Assembly (NCBI RefSeq): GCF_900232105.1
Contig: NZ_LT934425.1
Span: 1,260,001-1,292,000 of the forward strand
DNA from: Candidatus Kuenenia stuttgartensis
Lineage (GTDB): Bacteria; Planctomycetota; Brocadiia; Brocadiales; Brocadiaceae
DNA: 32,000 nucleotides
Direction of reading: 5' to 3'
Numbering within the stretch: the first letter of the stretch is position 1; every line of letters starts with the position of its first letter. A program made the position numbers and the translations under genes. This document shows, piece after piece, positions 1 to 7,281 of this stretch. The notes under the pieces are model-generated. The model made no database searches. It saw nothing but the letters and a program-made list of their open reading frames with translations, and was not told the DNA's origin.

Positions 1-174
1 CAAATACCGTGAAAAATGCCTTGAAAAACAATAGTATTGTTCCGCATATAATTTTACTGCCTTCATATCTGCTTTTGTTCTGAATTTTTGCAAATATGGG
101 TGGTCGTTAACCGCCGGATGTTTTAAAACTTCTGCTTCCAGTTTGTCAAAAAATTCGTCAGTTGACATAGCCAT
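1..174 (-). CDS. TenA/PqqC-like iron-containing redox enzyme, N-terminal fragment (runs off window start)
   Basis: Reverse complement reads MAMSTDEFFDKLEAEVLKHPAVNDHPYLQKFRTKADMKAVKLYAEQYYCFSRHFSRYL, with a GGAGG-type RBS upstream at ~183-190. The HPxxxxHPYL...YAxQYYxFSRxF pattern resembles heme-oxygenase-like PqqC/TenA proteins. The ORF is open to the window edge. Confidence 0.5.
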   Translation of the reverse strand, partial: MAMSTDEFFDKLEAEVLKHPAVNDHPYLQKFRTKADMKAVKLYAEQYYCFSRHFSRYL

Positions 175-334
175 AATTATTAACTCCTCCTAAAAAGTAT
201 GTAGATTTATCAAAATATCTTAAAATTCAAACAAAGAATCACTAACAATATACTGCACTGAATTAATCAATACACCTCCTTTCTGCTTCATACAGGAATT
301 AAGAAAGCATTAAATTTCTTAAAATAATCCGCTC

Positions 335-742
335 TTATTTTATACCTTTACTGTTCAGATGTTCGCTATACCTCTGATCCGTTTCCTTAATATGTTTATT
401 CAGCCAATCGGTAAGGAATTTTGATACCTCTACGGTTAAGCTTACTTTTCCCGCATTGTAATCATTTTGAAGCGCTAATACCTTTGCAGTCATCTTGTCG
501 TGTTTGTCCTTGTGCTCAACATATTCCGGATAATCATGTTGCTTAAATATCTTCTCTTCTGCGGCAAAATGGAAACCTGTGTAATTTATCAATTTTTTTA
601 AAATATCACCAACAACGATCTTCCCCTTCCCCTGCCTCATAGCATCATCCAGATCGTTAATCATTCCTATTAGCTGCTTATGATGTCCATCAAACTCAGC
701 AATTTTTACACTATACTCATCTTTCCAGGTCATTAACGGCAT
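335..742 (-). CDS. Bacteriohemerythrin / hemerythrin domain protein
   Basis: 135 aa with hemerythrin iron-ligand pattern: W...YSVKIAEFDGHHKQL, HFAAEEKIF, HKDKHDK, HIKETDQRY. Confidence 0.93.
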   Translation of the reverse strand: MPLMTWKDEYSVKIAEFDGHHKQLIGMINDLDDAMRQGKGKIVVGDILKKLINYTGFHFAAEEKIFKQHDYPEYVEHKDKHDKMTAKVLALQNDYNAGKVSLTVEVSKFLTDWLNKHIKETDQRYSEHLNSKGIK

Positions 743-1015
743 AATTCCATCTCCATAAATAATATTTCCTCTTTAAAAACCCAACGACTTTTTGGATATT
801 ACGTAGACTGTAGAACTCAGTGAGCAATCGTTGTGCCTGAAAAAAATGCCTGTCTGTTATTTTGAAATAAATATTTGATATGATGAGAGTTATAACAATG
901 ATGATATTTTTGTTACAGGATGGATAAGTTTTTGAGAGGGGTTGTTAGCAGATTTTTCCGAAAAATTTTCGTATATTGGCTATATGCTGGCAAAGCGTAC
1001 GAATTTTTTTCGCAT

Positions 1016-2362
1016 TCAGCACCATTCTTTGGTTTTGTATTCGATTTTTCGTGTAGATATACCCAATATTTTTGCAGCGGATTGTTTGCTGCCATTAGTT
1101 ATTTGGAGGGTTCTTTGGATGATCTCTTTTTCGGCTTCTTTTAAGGTAGTGCCTATGGGTATTTTAATTACCGGGATATATTCATTGTCCGGCATAATGC
1201 TCTCCGGCAAATGATCAACGGAAATGGTATCGCTTTTACACAATACAATAGCCCGTTCTATGGTATTTTGCAGTTCCCTGATATTGCCCTGCCAATGGTG
1301 GGAAAGGAGCGCTTTTATGGCCTCCGGGTCGAAACCTTTTATCTCTTTCTTGTATTTTTTTGCATATTTAACGGCAAAATAATTTGAAAGAATGGGAATG
1401 TCGTCTTTTCTTTCTCTCAGGGGGGGCATTTGAATGTTGATAACGTTTAGGCGGTAAAATAAATCCTCCCGGAATCTACCTTCGGAGACTTCTTCTTCAA
1501 GGTTCCGGTTTGTTGCGGCGATACACCTCACATCCACTTTTATGGTCTTTTCACCCCCAACACGTTCAAATTCTCCTTTTTCCAGTACGCGCAATAATTT
1601 GACCTGAACTTTCAGACTCATTTCTGCTAATTCGTCCAGAAAAAGGGTTCCGCCGTCTGCCAGTTCAAACCGTCCCTTTCGTGATTGTATCGCCCCCGTA
1701 AAGGCACCCTTTTCGTGTCCGAATAATTCACTCTCGAGTATTCCTTCAGATAGTGCGGCGCAATGCAATGCCACGAATGGTTTTCCGGCCCTTTCGCTCC
1801 TGTAATGTATGGCGTGTGCTACAAGTTCCTTTCCCGTTCCCGTCTCTCCCATAATAAGAACAGATGCCGTACTGGGGGCAACGTCTTCAATCATTTTAAA
1901 AATCCGATGCATTTGCGGAGAGCCGCCCACCAGCTCGGAAAATGTATACTTATCTTTCAGCTCTTCCTTTAACAGCCGGTTTTGGATTACGAGTTGTTGT
2001 TTCTCCCGAAGTTTTTCCAAAACCAATTCAAGTTCTTCCACGTCTACCGGCTTTGCTAAATATTCATCAGCTCCATGTTTCACCGCGTTTACCGCCGATT
2101 TGATAGAACTGTACGCCGTTACAACGACAATGGCAATAGATGAGTTTTTTTTCTTTATTTCCTGGAGCAATAACAGCCCTCCCATACCGGGAAGCTTCAT
2201 GTCTGTTATAACAATATCAAAGCTTTCCCTTGAGAGTTGATTTAAGGCGTCATAGCCGGAAGAGACACCTACAGCGGTATATCCGTCTCTTCTCAAAATC
2301 TGTATCAATCCGTCGAGGGTATTTTTATCGTCTTCAACCACTAACAGCTTTGGTTTTGTCAT
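1016..2362 (-). CDS. Sigma-54-dependent response regulator (NtrC/AtoC/ZraR type)
   Basis: Receiver domain (VVEDDKNTLDGL, DIVITDMKLPGMGG), AAA+ domain with GETGTGKE and GAFTGA, and Fis-type C-terminal HTH (SKQSAAKILGIS). Confidence 0.96.
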   Translation of the reverse strand: MTKPKLLVVEDDKNTLDGLIQILRRDGYTAVGVSSGYDALNQLSRESFDIVITDMKLPGMGGLLLLQEIKKKNSSIAIVVVTAYSSIKSAVNAVKHGADEYLAKPVDVEELELVLEKLREKQQLVIQNRLLKEELKDKYTFSELVGGSPQMHRIFKMIEDVAPSTASVLIMGETGTGKELVAHAIHYRSERAGKPFVALHCAALSEGILESELFGHEKGAFTGAIQSRKGRFELADGGTLFLDELAEMSLKVQVKLLRVLEKGEFERVGGEKTIKVDVRCIAATNRNLEEEVSEGRFREDLFYRLNVINIQMPPLRERKDDIPILSNYFAVKYAKKYKKEIKGFDPEAIKALLSHHWQGNIRELQNTIERAIVLCKSDTISVDHLPESIMPDNEYIPVIKIPIGTTLKEAEKEIIQRTLQITNGSKQSAAKILGISTRKIEYKTKEWC

Positions 2363-2380
2363 GAGGTAATGAACCCTTTT

Positions 2381-3481
2381 TTAATCCTGATTAACAGGAA
2401 TAGTAATAAAAAATGTACTGCCAACGTCAGATGTCGCCATCCGTATCATTCCGCCATGATTCTGTATGATATTTTGCGCGGAAGAAAGGCCTATGCCGGT
2501 GCCGCCATCCTTGGTAGTATAGAATAAATCAAATATCTTTTCCCTGAATTCTTCCGGTATGCCTGGTCCCGTATCCTGACAGGCAATAACGATTTCGTCT
2601 TTTACACCGCTGGCACTTACATGTAATTCCCCGCCGTCCGGCATTGCTTCAATGCTGTTGATAAGAATATTTAATATCGCCTGTTTTATCTTATCTTTGT
2701 CAATATACGGAGCCGGAATATTTTCCATTACGTCTAATTTCAATTGAATGCCATTGAGTTGCGCCTGTGGAGTAAGTAAGGCAATTATATCCGTGAGCAT
2801 TTCGCGAATGCTTGCATAGCTTCTGCTTAACTTGCCTGTTTTTGCAAACTGCAGACATTCCTCCACAAAACTGCTGAGACGGTTGATTTCATTTTGAACA
2901 ATTGTCACAATTTTCAACAATTCATTTTTTGGGGAATTGCCATTGTCGTAACTATCGTTGATTTCGTGTTTTAGCAATAACAATTGAAGATTCATGGCAT
3001 TGAGGGGGTTTTTTATCTCATGCGCCAATTCAGAGGCGAGCGTTCCAAGGGAAGATAGTGTTTTTGATTTGAGTACCTCGTCGGAAAATCTTTTTGCTTC
3101 GCTAACATCTTCTATGACAGAAATGATGTGTGTAACCCTTCCTTCTTTATCCTTAATAGGGGAAACATTTACCCTTATCCATGATTCGCTGTTATCGCCC
3201 CTGTTAATCAAAAGTTCCCGCGAACCCTGAGAAAGACGGCCATTCAGGATTTCTGTACCGGGACAACACTTATCCGTTATACATAACCCCGTTGAAGTAT
3301 GGCACTTAAAAATAGCACCACAATCCTTTCCGACAACTTCATCTTTGGTTCTTTTCGTAATTTTTTCGCAGGCATGATTAAAAAAAACAACCCGGCGATG
3401 TGCATCCTGGATCATTATCCCCCGGCTGGTGTGATCTAATGCCTGGCTTAAAATGTAATTTTCCACACTAAAACCTCCCAA
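2381..3481 (-). CDS. PAS-domain sensor histidine kinase (NtrB-like, apparently soluble)
   Basis: PAS domain at the N-terminus, H-box LASELAHEIKNPLNAM, N/G boxes ILINSIEAMPDGG, DTGPGIPEE, GGTGIGLS. Adjacent to the response regulator on the same strand, so a probable cognate pair. Confidence 0.95.
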   Translation of the reverse strand: MGGFSVENYILSQALDHTSRGIMIQDAHRRVVFFNHACEKITKRTKDEVVGKDCGAIFKCHTSTGLCITDKCCPGTEILNGRLSQGSRELLINRGDNSESWIRVNVSPIKDKEGRVTHIISVIEDVSEAKRFSDEVLKSKTLSSLGTLASELAHEIKNPLNAMNLQLLLLKHEINDSYDNGNSPKNELLKIVTIVQNEINRLSSFVEECLQFAKTGKLSRSYASIREMLTDIIALLTPQAQLNGIQLKLDVMENIPAPYIDKDKIKQAILNILINSIEAMPDGGELHVSASGVKDEIVIACQDTGPGIPEEFREKIFDLFYTTKDGGTGIGLSSAQNIIQNHGGMIRMATSDVGSTFFITIPVNQD

Positions 3482-3602
3482 AAATTTACGTTTTTAAGGG
3501 TATCACAATTTCTAAAAAAGTAAATATAAAATAACATATCATATTCAACCAGAAATAATTGCGATAATCTTTATCGCCTCATTTTGCCGGTTAATAAAAC
3601 GC

Positions 3603-3632
3603 TTGACACTATTATTCATAATTCGGTATCAT
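3603..3632 (+). promoter_or_regulatory. Candidate sigma-70-like promoter
   Basis: TTGACA (3603-3608), 18-nt spacer, TATCAT (3627-3632), in the intergenic region between the divergent histidine kinase and gltX. Confidence 0.45.
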
Positions 3633-3780
3633 ATTTTCAATTATGTATTTCACCTGAGATATTCACTGCCAGATACTGACGGAGCGTAAAGAAGGGAAAC
3701 CGGCAGCAGTTTAACGTACTAACATTACAACAACCCTGCCCTAAAACCAGCTTTTTCTTGCCCAGGCGTAATTACGTCAT

Positions 3781-3860
3781 AGTACCTTATCGCTTATTTC
3801 TTTGCACACTTCCATTCGTCAGTGCGTGCTTTTTGCAAAATATTTAATGGTGAAATCCGA
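3781..3860. repeat. Dispersed intergenic repeat, copy A
   Basis: agtacctta...ttatttctttgcacacttccattcgtcagtgcgtgctttttgcaaaatatttaatggtgaaatccga. Near-identical to 15115-15196. Confidence 0.9.
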
Positions 3861-3970
3861 AACGAATTATTCATTTGTAAGTTTATGACGGATTTTTTAA
3901 TCTGTGTGATATGTGGTTTCCCTTTCGTAATTTGTGAGTGCTTGGTTCTGGTTTGTCCATGTTAGATTCA

Positions 3971-5326
3971 ATGAATAAAAATGATGATGTAATATCAGGA
4001 GTAAGAGTCCGGTTTGCACCCAGTCCGACCGGTTATTTACATATTGGCGGCGCAAGGACGGCTCTTTTTAACTGGTTATTTGCAAGACATAATAACGGTG
4101 TATTTCTCCTGCGGATTGAAGATACCGATCAGCAGCGTTCTACGAAAGAAGCAACGCAGGCTATTTTAGAGAGTATGAAATGGCTTGGTTTGGATTGGGA
4201 TGAAGGGCCATATTTTCAAAGCCAACGATTGCCGATATATAAACGATATGCCGAACAACTGGTAGCGCAGGGAAATGCATATTATGACACCGATGCGGAA
4301 GGGCGCACTGCAATTCGGTTTAAGATGCAAGATAATGTTATCATACTCAATGACCTTGTTCACGGCGCAATAACATTTGATGCTGCTGTTATTGAAGACT
4401 TTGTTATTCTTAAGGCAGACGGTTTTCCCAGCTATAACTTCGCTTGCGTAGTGGATGATGCTGATATGAAAATTACCCATGTGATTCGCGGTGATGATCA
4501 TATCTCAAATACACCAAAACAAATAGCACTGTATAACGCCATGGAAGTACGGTTGCCTGAATATGCACACATTCCAATGATCTTAGGTGAAGATGGTTCC
4601 AGGTTGAGCAAACGCCACGGGGCAACGTCTGTCACTGAATACAGAGACAAAGGGTATTTGCCTCAGGCGCTTGTAAACTTTCTTGCTTTGCTGGGGTGGT
4701 CTCCGGGAAACGACCAGGAAATACTATCGATGAGGGAAATGATTGAAAAATTTTCCTTAAAGCGCGTGAACAAAACCAGTGCGCAATTCGACAATACTAA
4801 ATTAAATTGGATGAGTGGCCAGTATATCAAAAACACCTCCATTGAAGAACTTACCGCTGCTGCCAGGTTGTTTTTTGAAAAATCGGATATCGATACCACG
4901 GGAATCTCAATAAATCGGCTGTCAAGATTGATAGAATTGTACCATGAACGGTTTAAAAATCTCCAGGAATTGGTTGATCAAACGAGGTTTTTCTTTACGG
5001 ATTCCGTTGAATATGATCCGGCAGCAACAGATAAATTCCTTAAAAGAGAAGGAATTTCTGAGATATTAAAGGAGGTTTATTCAGCGATTTCTCTCCTGAA
5101 CAGTTTTGACAGACAAGGGTTGGAAGGGTGTTTGAGAGATTTAACCGCAAAAGCGGGTATTGGTTTTTCCAAAATCGCCCAACCTATAAGAGTTGCAATA
5201 ACAGGCAGAAGCGCCAGCGCTGGTATCTTTGAAACAATGGAACTCCTTGGAAAAGAAACCACACTTAAAAGGCTTGAAAACACCATTAAAAACATGGACG
5301 GCATCACGAATGCCGTTGGGTTGTAA
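3971..5326 (+). CDS. gltX: Glutamyl-tRNA synthetase, with a shortened catalytic domain
   Basis: FAPSPTGYLHIGGARTALFNWL (HIGH motif), DDADMKITHVIRGDDHISNTPKQ, and GSRLSKRHGATSV (KMSKS-type). The ORF track starts at 3938. The internal ATG at 3971 (MNKNDDVISGVRVRFAPSPT) is also plausible. Confidence 0.95.
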   Translation: MNKNDDVISGVRVRFAPSPTGYLHIGGARTALFNWLFARHNNGVFLLRIEDTDQQRSTKEATQAILESMKWLGLDWDEGPYFQSQRLPIYKRYAEQLVAQGNAYYDTDAEGRTAIRFKMQDNVIILNDLVHGAITFDAAVIEDFVILKADGFPSYNFACVVDDADMKITHVIRGDDHISNTPKQIALYNAMEVRLPEYAHIPMILGEDGSRLSKRHGATSVTEYRDKGYLPQALVNFLALLGWSPGNDQEILSMREMIEKFSLKRVNKTSAQFDNTKLNWMSGQYIKNTSIEELTAAARLFFEKSDIDTTGISINRLSRLIELYHERFKNLQELVDQTRFFFTDSVEYDPAATDKFLKREGISEILKEVYSAISLLNSFDRQGLEGCLRDLTAKAGIGFSKIAQPIRVAITGRSASAGIFETMELLGKETTLKRLENTIKNMDGITNAVGL

Positions 5327-5336
5327 CAAACATACT

Positions 5337-5365
5337 GTAGAGACAGGTTTAAAACCTGTCTCTAC
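5337..5365. repeat. 29-bp perfect palindrome downstream of gltX
   Basis: GTAGAGACAGGTTT-A-AAACCTGTCTCTAC, 14-bp perfect arms, starting 11 nt after the gltX stop. No T-tract follows. Confidence 0.85.
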
Positions 5366-5522
5366 TACGGTAATCAAAGTACGAAAGCCGCGCTTGTTTT
5401 GCATTTCAAATCATTTTGTCATTAGGATTTGTTTCGTATTTCGTGCGTCGAATTTCGTATTTTTTATTTCATGGTGTCTTGTCCAGGTTGGGGGGCGTTA
5501 TTCTTTTTCAGGGCAATTTTGA

Positions 5523-6086
5523 ATGGGCGTAAGGCTTTTTATTGCGATTGAGATTACAGATGCTGTCCGGGAAAAAGTATTACATTTTCAAAATGACCTT
5601 AAAAAGGCTTCTGCTGATGTAAAATGGGTGGCGCCTGAAAATCTTCATATTACACTAAAATTTATTGGCAATACGGATGAAGAGAAGATTTGCGGGATTG
5701 TTGACGTTATTCATCAATCTGTCATTGAGATAAAACCATTTGATATTCGCTATAGTGGCGCCGGTACTTTTCCCGCTGGTAAATATCCGCGTGTAATCTT
5801 TGCCGGAGCTGTGGATTCAAGCGGCGCCCTGGCTTCAATTTATGAAAGATTAAACAGGCACTTAACCGCGCTTGGAGTACCATACGATGAACATACATTT
5901 GAGGCGCATATTACTGTCGGGCGGGTTAAAACACATAAAAATATAAAGAAACTTATGGAGTGTGTACATTCATACAAAGAATTTACCTTTGGGCAAGAAA
6001 GCATTGATCATCTGGTGTTAATGAAGAGCAATCTCACTCGGGAGGGGCCGATATACACAAGGATAAGTAATATTTGTTTTGCGTAA
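5523..6086 (+). CDS. thpR: RNA 2',3'-cyclic phosphodiesterase (2H/LigT family)
   Basis: Two HxTx motifs (HITLKFIGN and HITVGRVKTHKN), N-terminal MGVRLFIAIEI. Confidence 0.92.
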   Translation: MGVRLFIAIEITDAVREKVLHFQNDLKKASADVKWVAPENLHITLKFIGNTDEEKICGIVDVIHQSVIEIKPFDIRYSGAGTFPAGKYPRVIFAGAVDSSGALASIYERLNRHLTALGVPYDEHTFEAHITVGRVKTHKNIKKLMECVHSYKEFTFGQESIDHLVLMKSNLTREGPIYTRISNICFA

Positions 6087-6183
6087 CTTCATTATAATAT
6101 TACTATCAAAAAAAGGGTTTTTATTTAGCGCATGCAAATCATATTATTTTTATAAACGATAACTTTATCTTTCTCTTACAAAT

Positions 6184-7278
6184 ATGACTACTAATACAGA
6201 AATACCTGATAAAGAAAAACGGCAGCAAGCATTGGAGAGAGCAATTTCGCATATCGATAAACAGTTTGGAAAAGGGACGATAATGAAATTAGGGGGCGAT
6301 ACGAAACTGGATGTTCCCGTAATTTCTACTGGTGCGTTATCATTAGATGTTGCGCTTGGCGTGGGGGGAATTCCGCGTGGAAGAGTCATTGAAATATTCG
6401 GGCAGGAATCTTCTGGCAAAACCACCCTAACGCTTCAAATTATCGCAAATGCGCAGAGGGGTGGCGGGGTAGCTGCATTTATCGATGCTGAACATGCGCT
6501 GGACTCCGAATATGCAAAAAGATTGGGTGTAAATTTGAATGACTTAATGGTCAATCAGCCAGACACCGGAGAACAAGCGCTGGAGATAGCCGAACTGCTC
6601 GTAAGGAGCAATGCGGTTGACGTAATAGTGATTGACTCGGTAGCGGCCCTTGTGCCACGCGCTGAAATTGAAGGAGAAATGGGAGATACACATATAGGAT
6701 TACAGGCAAGGTTGATGTCGCAGGCATTACGCAAGCTCACCGCGTGCATTTCAAAATCAAGAACAAGCGTAATTTTTATCAATCAGATTCGTGAAAAGAT
6801 TGGCGTTATGTATGGAGGAAACCCGGAAACCACGCCTGGAGGCAGGGCATTAAAATTTTATGCGTCGGTGCGTATTGATATTCGGAGGATTGGAAGTATA
6901 AAAGACGGTGATGCAATAATCGGAAGCAGAGTCCGCGCCACTATTGCAAAAAATAAGGTTGCAGCGCCTTTTAAAAGAGCGGAGTTTGACATCCTTTACA
7001 ACACAGGCATATCGCGGGCAGGAGACATCCTTGACCTTGGCGCTGAACATAATATTATTGAAAAATCGGGAACGTGGTATTCATATAGAGAAACCCGGCT
7101 GGGGCAGGGCAGAGAGAATTCCAGGCAATTCCTCACGGAACATCCTGAAATGATGAAAGAGATTGAACAATCAATCCTGAAAATAGTACTGCCTTCTGCG
7201 GCATCTCAAAAGCCTCCCGACTCCCCCCCTGAAAGTACGGAAAAAAGCACACCTTCGAAGAGAGCGAAAAGTAATTAA
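6184..7278 (+). CDS. recA: Recombinase A
   Basis: [35 protein letters not shown] (Walker A), [41 protein letters not shown]. Confidence 0.99.
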   Translation: MTTNTEIPDKEKRQQALERAISHIDKQFGKGTIMKLGGDTKLDVPVISTGALSLDVALGVGGIPRGRVIEIFGQESSGKTTLTLQIIANAQRGGGVAAFIDAEHALDSEYAKRLGVNLNDLMVNQPDTGEQALEIAELLVRSNAVDVIVIDSVAALVPRAEIEGEMGDTHIGLQARLMSQALRKLTACISKSRTSVIFINQIREKIGVMYGGNPETTPGGRALKFYASVRIDIRRIGSIKDGDAIIGSRVRATIAKNKVAAPFKRAEFDILYNTGISRAGDILDLGAEHNIIEKSGTWYSYRETRLGQGRENSRQFLTEHPEMMKEIEQSILKIVLPSAASQKPPDSPPESTEKSTPSKRAKSN

Positions 7279-7281
7279 CGT

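Noticed and set aside
913-1214. Short ORFs at 913..1095, 920..1144 and 942..1214
   Set aside because: They overlap the end of the response regulator gene or each other, show no domain signature and have no convincing start signals.
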